A stretch of 64,000 bases of DNA from Paraphysomonas bandaiensis (lineage: Eukaryota > Protista > Chrysophyceae): NCBI GenBank assembly GCA_965644295.1, contig CBFFRP010000297.1:372001-436000 (forward strand), written 5' to 3'. Positions 1 to 10,135 of the stretch are shown piece after piece. The notes under the pieces are model-generated. The model worked only from the letters and a program-made list of their open reading frames with translations, made no database searches and was not told the origin of the DNA. The number at the start of each line of letters is the position of its first letter. Position 1 is the first letter of the stretch. A program made the position numbers and the translations under genes.

Positions 1-47
1 CGAAAGAGAACATCTGGTAAGAAAGGTCCGTATGAAATGATGTATAG

Positions 48-142
48 TTGTTCCGGATGACTACAAGTGGGTGGATACTGGGGCTGTTTATTCCGCCATT
101 CACTGTATCCGTCAAAGGCAAGCAATCGAATGTAAATTATAA
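48..142 (+). CDS. Possible last exon of a gene starting before the window; ends in a PTS1-like CKL tripeptide
   Basis: After an AG at 46-47 the frame reads VPDDYKWVDTGAVYSAIHCIRQRQAIECKL*, followed by an AT-rich 3' region. Confidence 0.3.
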
Positions 143-351
143 AATGTGAATTCGCTTGGGACATTTGTACGATTATAAAAAAATATTTCCCATTATTTAA
201 TATGTTATATATATGACTTCTTACGCATAATATTGTTATAGTTAATAGTTATATATTATGGTAACTATAATGCTTGTATCGCTAATTTTATTTTGAACAA
301 ATATATATAGCTAATAGCTTATTTGGCCTGTTTTGACCGTTTGACCTGGTC

Positions 352-773
352 ATCGCCTCCCTCCGACATATTGCCATCAGAGAACAAGTCGCCACGCACT
401 CCATTATTGTTGATTACATGCCTACAACGAGATGCTGGCCGACATTCTAGCTAAACCTCAAACATCAAACACTTTCCGCAGATTGGGGGATTCACTTCTG
501 GGGGGGGGAGGCATCAACATACCAACATACCTGCTAGCAATAAAAGAACAAGAGTATCTATCCCACCGGCAGAGAACTCAACCAAAAGACCACGATTAAT
601 GACTTAGAGATCTACGGAGTTTCCCACGATTATGTTGTATGTTGACATCAGTGTAATCCACAATCTGTGATTGCACTCGTGGGTTTTAACCTCAGTAGAG
701 CTATCTCCAAATATATACACCTATATTCATAATATATCTATGTACGTCATATGATTATTTCATTGAGGGGAAG
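352..773 (+). mobile_element. 3' remnant of a Ty1/Copia element (RNase H end, 3' UTR, PPT)
   Basis: Frameshifted RHIAIREQVATHSIIVDYMPT/EMLADILAKP motif. PPT ttcattgaggggaag at ~759-773 resembles the PPT of the intact Copia. Confidence 0.75.
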
Positions 774-935
774 TGTTAAGATTCATTGATTCACGTATAT
801 ACCTCTTTATGCGTGAATATAACACATGTATACAAATAGACTGAATAATTACCAAACTATATAAGATACGCGACTGTACAAGATACGCACATGTGTGTGG
901 TTCTAACGCTCTGTTCAAACGTGTCTTGCTATTAT
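774..935 (+). repeat. 3' LTR (left part) of the Copia remnant, split by a hAT insertion; right part is 5543-5655
   Basis: Starts TGTTAAGATT after the PPT. Joined to 5543-5655 it aligns with the solo LTR at 45348-45781. Confidence 0.8.
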
Positions 936-1074
936 CAGGGCCAGTCAAAAATATATTGGATTTTCAATATATTGCTATTATTTATTCTTGATTGCTACAA
1001 TATATTGATTATTATTTTAGCAAAATTTGGCTTCGCAATATACTGCAATATATTGATATATTGTGTGTCTTAGA

Positions 1075-4000
1075 AAATATACTTGATTAATCATAAACGA
1101 CTCTTCATAATCACATAACTCATCTACTATATTTATAACATCGAACGATTATAACCTGTAATAAGTCTAAACAGTAAATAAGCAAGTGCCAGTAAAATGA
1201 TCGCCATATCCGCCCAAACTATAACACTAAACTATCACTGTACAGTATACGGTCCAAACTATTCGGCCATTATCTCTTTCATATTTATTACGTAGTAGTG
1301 AATGTCTGATTATTTAGCAATAGGCGTTGAGACCTTGCATCAATTAGTGGCTAGAAGAATGCTAGTCATACTAGTTAGACCACTACCCGTAACTAATCAA
1401 TACAAACTCTTTTATCCTACTATTTAACGCTACGAAAGCTGCTTGTGCGTCGCCGCAAGCACCAAGGTGCAACCACTTCCGTTCTTTTTGTGTGATATGA
1501 AATTCGCCTTTATGGTGTGTCCGTGGACTCACCGGCGCTATTGATCTGGGGGTCTCCCTTTGGGATGGGTCTCCATTGGTTTTGGAGGGGGCTCAGCGTT
1601 CTGAATTAGGGTCTTGAGTGCACCTAGTTCCAGATGTGTGGGTTGAGGGTGGTGGGGATTGTTGGGAGGAGGGGTAGGGTTTGTAGTCTGTGTTACTGTG
1701 CTCCTGTGGGGCCGCGGGTGTAGATAGAGTTGTCGAAGCCGTCGGCGTTGTGGAGGTCTGGGCAGTCCAGTGCTCTGTCGGGTAGGACCTGTGAGGTGTG
1801 CACGTGTGTCTGGAGTCGGATACGCTGTGGGGGGTCTTCGTTGGACCCCTAGTAGTCGAAGGACTCTCGGACGTTGTCTTGACTGACTGCGTTTCGGACG
1901 GGGTCTCGGGAGTAGCCTGGGCGGCCTTTTGGACATGGTGATATAGCGACAACCGCGATCCTGTAACATAAGCTTCGCTGCAGTGTAAAGCGGTTGCAGG
2001 AGATTAATAACCGCTGTTTCTATAGGTTCCGTAGACTGTGTGCCGTCAGGTGGTTGTGTATGGCATCTCCGAAGACCGTTTCCAGTTGGGCTGCTGTGAT
2101 GGTTCCAGTCCAGTATCTCTCGACCTGTGGGATGGAGGGATTCCAGGCTCTGCTGGAGAGTCTCCGTAGTGCAGATGTGATCCAGTTGGGTAAGGTCTGA
2201 GTTCTCTGTATTTCGTGGAGCACATTTTTATGCGATTGAAATGCAGTTTCCCGTATTTGGGTGATGGATTCATGTGTGCAGTCGAGGCACATATGTTTTA
2301 GGGAATCTAGTCGAAACCCGCAGTCAGAGCATGCGGCTTTGGTCAGGTCAAGCCCCTGTTTGGTTTTGGCCCGGTTCCTCCCTATGCAGAAAGATTTGTC
2401 CCATGTCAGTGCCGTGTTGAGTATTCTTTGGCGTAGATTTGAGCTGAGTTTGTCTTTGGGTGCACTGCCATCCGCTTGAGCTAGTTTGCGCGGGAGGTGT
2501 ACTCCGCTATTGGTCCACAGTAGCCAGGCGCTCGATCAGGATTGTGTCCGTAGCGTTGATCTCTGGTTGAAGTGTAGTTCTCAAGTGTCCTTAGGTCGCA
2601 GAGATCCTGGAAATTAGTAAGGAGTGGGCTAGAGTAGTATGGCCGTCTTGTACTGTGCATACGCCAGTGCCATAATCCAGCAGTTAGTAAGCGTTCGATG
2701 GCACTGTCAATCGCAATTGTACAGACAGTGTAGTTATTTTTTCCAAGGATGCGATCGAATTCATGCCAGTCTTCACCCGCAACTGCGTCCGCAATATAGA
2801 TGCCCTTGTCCTCAAACGTCTACTCCGTTTCATCTGTGGTACGTCGTTCGGGATGAGACCTCACCCAGGTCACCTGTCGTTTGCAATCTCTGCTGGCCGC
2901 GATGCTTTCGAGTAGTACCCCTTTTGCACGGTGACCGAGAGCTCTGCGTCTTGTGGAGAGTGCTTCCTCAGTGCGGGTGCACACTGCCTGACAGTCTGTG
3001 TGGCTTCTTATGTGTTCGGGAATACGTGTTGAGAGTATAAGCCCCATGGCTGTGCCTATGAGTTCATATGCGTATGAGTCCAAACCGGGCACGTCACGAA
3101 AGGGTGTATCTAGTCGTAGTATTGTGGTTGTACCATCTTCCCAGGCATTTTCTGGGGGTAAGTAGACGACCGCTGCACCTCCTCGGTGTGTCCATCGTGT
3201 TCGCGGATTGACATGAGTGAGGCGACGCGTGGAGAGCGCACTGGCTGTGTATGATCCATCTGTGAAGATAGCCTTGAAAGTATCTGGTTGGACACTATTA
3301 AGGCCGAGTTCTTGTTTTAGGTTGGTCAGCATGTGTTCATCCTGTGGTTCGGGGGGCTCAGGTTCCTGAAGGGTAAGGCCCAATTCCGTTCCCCATTCCC
3401 TGAGGCTGAGAACATAGTGGTGGTATTGGGGCTGTGGCTCTGTTGTCTGAGTGAGTAGAAAATGTGCTGCTTGACCTGCTTCTCCCCCGAGGGTTATTGC
3501 GCGCTGTAGAGATCCCCATTTTTGCTCCTGCGCCGAGTCTGAGAAACGTTTCATACCTAATCCGTTGTGCTTGAGTGAGAGGTAGATCAGTTCCGTGGGG
3601 TATCCAGGGCCTAGACTGAGGGCCTTTCTGTAGAGGGTTGCGCAAGCAGCGTCAATTTCTCTGTACCAGTGTAGCGGCCATGAAGCTTTGGTGGCTCTAT
3701 AGAGCAAAGTCGGTATGATTTGGGTCTCGATAACCATGACTTTACAGCCGGCTGAGGCCTGTTTAATCCCTAGGTGTGTGGTCACGACTTTCAGGTATTT
3801 TAGACACCAGTCATGGGAGGCCTTGTCTGTGATTGTGAGAGGAAGGTCTGCTCCGAGGTAATGTATCGACTCTAGTGATGTTTGGATAGGGACTGGGTGT
3901 GGGCGCCATGACCAGTCGTAGAGAATGATGTAGCCAATGGGGTCGGAGGACTTGTTGGAATCCTGTAGGATCGGAAACACTGTGCAAACTACTTTGGGGA

Positions 4001-4390
4001 TAGAGAGTTCCATTCCCGAAAGTACGCAGAACGCAGATATTTGTTGGGCAATGAGTTGGGCAGCGTGTATGGATTTAGCTATTGTGTTAAGATCATCCGC
4101 GAAGGAGATCTTTATTTCGCCGGTAGTCGGAGTCGTGAGTTGAATAGTTGGTAACGTTGGACTCGTTGTTGACAGTTCAATGTCCAGCCACGTGAGAAGG
4201 ATGTCGTAGAGTGCCACCCAGGCGCATGTGGATTCTGTGCCCCCTTGGGTGATACCCCTTTCGGCTTCGAAACCCAGACTGAATAGTGCAATGAAGTGGC
4301 CGTCTGCGGACAGGAGGTCAAGGAGAGAACGTGGCTCTATGTTGTTTGCCATGAATGGTGTCCAGGGAAATGTTAGACCGCCGGCATCTA
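1075..4390 (-). mobile_element. 5'-truncated non-LTR retrotransposon (LINE) with RT, RNase H and CCHC knuckle; disrupted
   Basis: ORF 2820-4415 has RGITQGG and FADDL (RT) and FTDGS, AYEL, HTDC, WVRSHPE (RNase H). It continues past an in-frame TAG as GIYIADAVA, then CSDC...KHMCLDC near 2340-2280. Element ends are approximate. Confidence 0.88.
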
Positions 4391-4542
4391 AGTATTTATT
4401 ACGTACAATATGCATGTGAACAGCAGGCGAAGAAACTGATTGTTCTTATTACTTTGACAGTATAGTTCAGTGGGTTGATTCTTCATCTCTGCTCATGATG
4501 AGTTTTGATGGATTCATTCCTCTGAGTTCATTATTTCATTAA

Positions 4543-4620
4543 AAGTAAACATTTTGTAAACGTGGGAATTTTACGAAGTTTTTGGAAAAACTAGGGGGTT
4601 TTAAAGTATTCATGTACTGT
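4543..4620 (+). mobile_element. Truncated copy of the MITE at 45459-45627
   Basis: aagtaaacattttgtaaacgtgggaattttacga matches the MITE left end. Confidence 0.7.
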
Positions 4621-4769
4621 AGAAGTGTTTCAAAAGCTATTATGTTTGTGTACGATCGTAGTGTTATTATTAAGCAAAGAGGCAACGAAAAATATCAGTG
4701 TGGTGTGGCACATACAGAGTATGTTTTCAACAAAGCAAATCATAGAATCTTTTTCCCTGTCCCAGATTC

Positions 4770-5250
4770 CCACCTCTCCGTAGATGCTGATATAGTTCAA
4801 AACCCTACCTTCGATAAGGCCATTGTGAAGATCAGAATGAATACGAAGAATCTCTGACTCGTCAAGAGAGAGAGCAGCGGTTGCAAGATTTCAACGGATG
4901 CAGAAGAAGCTGAATCACTGGATAGTGCCGTCGAAGTGGCAAATGTAAGAAACGCTGCTGCTGCTTTTAATAGCCACAGAGCTACCAAGAAGTTACGATT
5001 ACAGCTTGACACCCAGTATTGATCGACCACAAGCACATATTCAGTACAACTAATGTTGTGGAGCGTTTGTTCAGCAGAGCCAATATTATCATGACACACT
5101 TGCTACAAGGAGGAATAACCCTACGACCCCTCCAACTGCTGCTGTTTCTTCGCTTCAACAAGCACTTGTGGACCGCAAATACAGTGCAACAGGTCATCGA
5201 TGATGGACGGTTCGATTATAAGAATGAGGACGACAGTGGCGAAGAGTTGG
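4770..5250 (+). pseudogene. hAT transposase C-terminal remnant (dimerisation domain)
   Basis: HLSVDADIVQNPTFDKAIVKI and IFSTTNVVERLFSRANIIMT...LLLFLRFNKHLW, followed by an acidic tail. Confidence 0.85.
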
Positions 5251-5358
5251 AACTAGTTGTTGCATTGTTATTAGATTTTCAGCATAATGTTTTAACCTCT
5301 ACTAACTAGTTTAATACTACCGATCAAGCTCGTTTCTTCTTTTAGCGCCCAATATATA

Positions 5359-5428
5359 AGAAAGTCTGATTATTACATGAGAACGGTTGTGTATATCTAT
5401 AGACTGACTAAGAACTGGACTTGCTATA
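5359..5428 (-). mobile_element. Short retro-insertion (3' end of a non-LTR element or SINE-like)
   Basis: 16-bp TSD tagcgcccaatatata at 5343-5358 and 5429-5444. Near-identical to the insert at 44987-45110. Confidence 0.8.
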
Positions 5429-5542
5429 TAGCGCCCAATATATATCAATATATTGCAACATATTTAATAATTATTATTGGTCTTGAAAATATTATTATTT
5501 ATTTTTATTTGCAATATATTGTTGACTGGCCCTGGCTATTAT

Positions 5543-5655
5543 ACTATTAGGCCTTATCCTTCATGTGAAATATATATGTACATTCAATCTTTATCTCTGA
5601 TATAATATACGAAGTGCATCTTTACTAAATACCAAGACTACTGTAAATCTTATTT
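5543..5655 (+). repeat. Right part of the split Copia LTR (continues 774-935)
   Basis: actattaggccttatc...aagacta..taaatcttattt matches 45691-45781. Confidence 0.8.
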
Positions 5656-6002
5656 CTACCATACCGTCTATCTTGACATGTTCAACAATTATATCTAACA
5701 GCCGCTGAAGTAGCTTGTCAAAATGGTCACCAATGTATAATTTTGATTTCATATTGTTGTATTATTTTGACGTTAATAATTACCTGGTGTCCTAAATGTT
5801 AAACATTTCCATTACTCAGAAATTGATTACTGTAATGAGCGATTGTATGCAGAATATATTTAAATGCTTACAAAAGAAATCTGGTTTCTTTAATGCACCA
5901 CAGCTCCATGTATATGCTACTTCTAGACAACTGGGCAAATTAGTGAACTCAATCCATTAAGTTCCGAGAATGCAATGGAGTCTGCATATGCATAGAGGTC
6001 AA

Positions 6003-7708
6003 CTACTGCGCAGGTATGGCTCTGACCGCATTCTTTTTAATCACGGCAAGGGCTTTGTCAAGCTCCTTGAGTGTGAGTGCAGTAGATACACATATCCGGA
6101 CAGACGGTCGAATGCATGTTTTGTTTCTGATGTCTCTCAGCTTCGACGAGCTCACTTTGAGACTCGTAACTCCAACGCCTTGAAACAAGCACATATCCAC
6201 AATTTTGTTGATAATAGCCTCATCGTCCTCCCAGGTGCGGTTGGGACGTGGTTTTAAACGGAAATGGACAACAGGAGACGAGATATCAGGAGAAGAAGAG
6301 GCAATCTCGTATCCGGGGATATCTTTAAGAGCTGCCACCACCCTCTGAGCGCGCTTCTGCAAACTCGTTATCAGACTCGGCCCATTAGTGGCAAGGCGCT
6401 GCAGTGAAGATAATGCCGCTGCGGCAAGAAAAGGAGGAGCTGCAGCAGAGAAGCAATATCCCGCGCCGGAGAGGCGTTGGTGATCAACAATCTCATGTGA
6501 ACCAATGCAAAGTCCACCAACAGATGCTAGAGCGGTATCAACAGCCACAGTAATAATCTCCACATCCTTGACATCTATATTGAAGTGCTCTGTCACACCT
6601 CGACCAGTAGCCCCCATGACCCCAAACGACAAAGATTCGTCAAGAATAAGTCTGTAAAAAAACTCTTCTTTTAGCTGCATGATAGTAGGGAGGGGACAAA
6701 TATCTCCAGTTTGCTGAAACAGTCCTTCTGTAACTATGAATCGCCGTTGCTGCAGCGTGTCTCTCTTGAGTCTCCTATCGTCCTTTGCAATTGATTCAAG
6801 GATCTCCCGCAAGTGAGCCATATCGTTGTGTCTATACTCCACAACTGTTGAACGGGATAGTTCAACACCAGTACAAATAGCGTCGTTGCAGGCTTCGTCC
6901 ATGATAATAAGGTCGCCCCGTTTCGAGAAGGCCGGAATAGTGGACGTGACAGTCGATGCTCCGTCAGAGTAATATATGGCTTCCTACAAAGAGAATGTAA
7001 AAACAAACCAACGGCAAACAGCAACGATACTTTCAACAAGCAAACACCACGTGCATATATTGAGAGGCTTATAACTGATGCATACTTACTTCAGTTTTCA
7101 TGAATTCTGCAATTGCGTTCTCCAATTCGAGGTGTACATCAATAGTTCCATAAAACCCTCGGGGTCCACAACTACCACAGCCATATTTGTGCAGCGCCTC
7201 TTCAGAAGCAGTTTTCATTCCCTGATATTGACTAGAGCCGATAAAATCGAAAGTTGCCAAGTTGAGTACTGGGGTGTCTACACCATCAATTAAAAAATAA
7301 TTTCCTTTGACGCCCTCGACAGTCTAAACGTAAAAGCAATATTCAACTATGCATATCTAGCTCAAATTATAAACCAACCAGCATGTTATCACAGATATCT
7401 TTGGACCTCTTATCCAGGGGAGGGCCTAGAGGCTCTGGTTCCCATGTATCAATCAACCACTCTATTTCTTTATTCGAAAGTTTTTCATTCTTTGCTTCTC
7501 TTGTTGGATCAACTGTTCGACGGATAAACATCAGCCATATAATGAATAGTAAAAGCCCTGTTTCTATTATAATATGCTGAGGAGACTCGTGATATAGTGT
7601 TAACCACCACTCCTTATAGAGCAATGGCAGCTGCATGATGTGACCTTGCACTGCATCTATGTCAGATAGCAAGTGGAGACCTTGCATCCAATCTGTGAAG
7701 TTCGACAT
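6003..7708 (-). CDS. LCB1: Serine palmitoyltransferase subunit 1 (LCB1/SPTLC1); 3 exons (7708-7379, 7323-7090, 6983-6003)
   Basis: N-terminal TM segment and WEPEPL; motifs KYGCGSCGPRGFYGTIDVHL, LILDESLSFGV, HQRLSGAGYCFSAA; GT-AG introns. Confidence 0.93.
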
Positions 7709-7832
7709 ATTTGTTAGTACAACTATATAATTAATTCATTCAGTTAATTTTAAAAGGTTGAGTATGTGATGCATCAAATCATGCCTGTGTCACACACAGC
7801 TGTAATTCTACGCACGACATGGCCGCCCACTC

Positions 7833-8448
7833 TCCTAAAAAACAGGCACTCATCATCACCACTCACCCAAACTTACTCTGGACACGTTTTTCGACAAAAA
7901 GCGGGGGGTGGTTGTGCATATCGATTTCATCGATTGTTCATCGTTTATTTCATCGAAAAATCATCGTTTTTCATTAAAAAGTCACTTTTTTTCACTTTTC
8001 ACTGAAAAAACGATGATTTTTCGATGAAATAAACGATGAACAAATCGATGAAATATGCACAACCAGTCTGGTCCCACTTCATTTTTTTGTATTGTGTTTT
8101 TTCGTATGGAACATGAGTGTCGTATCGGCATCCTTTGTATATTTTTGTTCAAATATGCCTCTAATATTGAGACAACAATTATCTGTATACCAGCCGTAGT
8201 TGTATTGAAGTAATGTGGAGTATTTTTGCTTCAATTTATTACCGCAAAATAAGATGCTGGCAGCCGATACGTGTAGAGCTTTGAAATTGTAGTCAAAATG
8301 ACCACAATTTTTTTGGGACGAGTGGGACCATCTACACTCCGACAAGTGGAGGGCTGGTCCACTTTGTCGAAAAACGTCTCCCTGGTTGGTTTGGGTAAAA
8401 TGGCAAAAACCCGAAGAAGTATGAAAATTAAAACCTCAATTTTTAGGA
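7833..8448. mobile_element. Foldback/MITE-like element with long imperfect inverted arms
   Basis: Paired arms tcctaaaaa/tttttagga, acccaaac/gtttgggt, acgtttttcgacaaa/tttgtcgaaaaacgt, tggtcccact/agtgggacca. The core 8120-8275 recurs at ~20034-20190. Confidence 0.65.
7909..8065. repeat. Near-perfect palindrome (~65-bp arms) nested in the foldback element
   Basis: tggttgtgcata...catcgaaaaatcatcgtttttca pairs with tgaaaaaacgatgatttttcgatg...tatgcacaacca. Confidence 0.9.
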
Positions 8449-8469
8449 ATCTGGAATCATTATATTGAA

Positions 8470-9650
8470 GGTACACTTCGGCACCGCTGTATATCATTCC
8501 CGCCCTATCTGCTGCATATCCTACAGCCCTATTTCAAAACGATGGAGTTGTATTCACAGGTTGCTAGAATTCATGAAATCTGCTCTTCGCTGGCTATCTA
8601 TAGTGACATTGGTAATGTCTCTTGATAAATTAAATTGTGATGTTGATGCTGTCCATATTCAGGATGTAAAATACAGAAAAACTATATAAAGGATTGCATT
8701 TCGGGGTCCTGCGTGTGGTCTTCAGATCAGTTTGTCACCAAGGCATTTACTACTATCGAGTTAGAGAGCCAGGTGAGATATGTTGTGGATTAGGATGTAT
8801 GTTTTGATTAATTTCGAGCAGAGGTCTGTTTCTGTCAATGCAAGTGGTACCCTCTCCGAACTGCGTATTGTTTTGAGTATAATATCTCAACGCATAGCTC
8901 GATACGACAAGGCAGGGGTAAAATTTGTATCATCAAATGCGGTACGTTTCTTTACGAATATACTTGAGGATTTTTTTCCAAGACACGCCAGTCGAGACGA
9001 ATATATATCTACACGTGTGGATAAGCTTTTATCGTGCATGAGCTGAGTGGTTTAAACCACTTCCTGAGTAAAGCTCTTATTCATGCAGTTATCGATGTAC
9101 ATATATAGGCGCTAGAATTATAGCTTAATCTTGTGCCCCATTCGCGTGCATTGAGCTGTCAGATGTGTAAGTATGATGTCGGGGTGTATGAATATTTCTC
9201 TGGTTATTTCTTCGTGAATCGCATCATGATATTACCAAGAGGAAAAATTCTATGCAATCGGCCAAATTCGTCAACATTTGTCGAAATGGTTCGGAGGGAG
9301 CGCATTTAATAACAATTTGTATGCCTTCGTGTAGTTCTTTAGCTTCGTTGATTCGAGCGAGAGTATTGAGCTCTGCACGGATGTAGAATGACAATCCTTA
9401 AGGCGATATCTTAAATGCATCAGGATTTCTTCTATATGTACGTATATTTTGATACCGGGGTGTCTAATCCTGGCTCATCAAGTTCATAAAGTTTGCCTAC
9501 AGCTCTGACTTACTCTTCGTTAGCTGTATCACAAGTAGGGTTATATCCCTCTAGCATGATCCTCTTAATCTGCCAATAGGATAGGTTTGAGATGCATCAT
9601 GCGACTCCTACTTAGGTTCCTTAGAGCAAATATGAATAATTGTATCTGCA
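8470..9650 (-). mobile_element. Highly decayed coding-like sequence, possibly an old gag remnant
   Basis: Stop-riddled protein-like frames and a possible broken CCHC near 8475-8520; no firm motif. Confidence 0.25.
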
Positions 9651-9664
9651 ATTACTGACTAGCT

Positions 9665-9903
9665 AAATAAGATTTAAGCTTATTAGTAAAACAATGTTGT
9701 GATTATTAGAGTGAAAATTATGAATAACAATATAGAACGTACTATCATGCACAACGGAATAGTTAGAAGTGTAACTGATAATGACGACGTTATGATGACG
9801 ATCACGTATCTTCGACAGATACTCTCTCTAATTCAGTTCATGGTATATTTCATTGAACATTATAACTCACAGATACAATCATGTATTAAGCTGAATCCTA
9901 ATA
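9665..9903 (-). repeat. 3' LTR of the intact Copia
   Basis: Direct repeat of 15108-15346; preceded on the minus strand by PPT cattgagggggtg (9904-9916). Confidence 0.95.
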
Positions 9904-10135
9904 CACCCCCTCAATGAAATAATCAGTGAACCGTAGATAATAGAGAGAATATGAACTTATGCACACTGAGAGTAAAAACCAGAGTAGCAGTCACTAGTCA
10001 ATAATAAGCGAACTGCAGAGATGCCATATTGTGAGACCATCCTTCTAGTCCAGCATCATGTATTGAATAAAAGTAAAAAAAAATGGTAAAAACTCCGTGT
10101 AACTCAAACTAGCCACCTAGGTCGCTTGTGGCTTG

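Larger units (their letters stand above)
936..5534 (+). mobile_element. Non-autonomous hAT DNA transposon carrying nested insertions
   Basis: 23-bp TIR cagggccagtcaaaaatatattg / caatatattgttgactggccctg (1 mismatch). 8-bp TSD gctattat at 928-935 and 5535-5542. Multiple subterminal CAATATATTG motifs and a transposase remnant. Confidence 0.93.

Noticed and set aside
2820-2822. In-frame TAG in the LINE as possible readthrough or recoding
   Set aside because: The element has other disruptions, host genes use TAG as a stop, and a TGG-to-TAG mutation is the simpler explanation
9654-9664. The Copia empty site would read tgactagc-tgactagc, resembling a hAT footprint
   Set aside because: An 8-bp tandem duplication is common here and there is no independent evidence of an excised element
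9699-9917. Duplicated ~72-aa ORF (also 15142-15357)
   Set aside because: Chance antisense ORF within the LTRs
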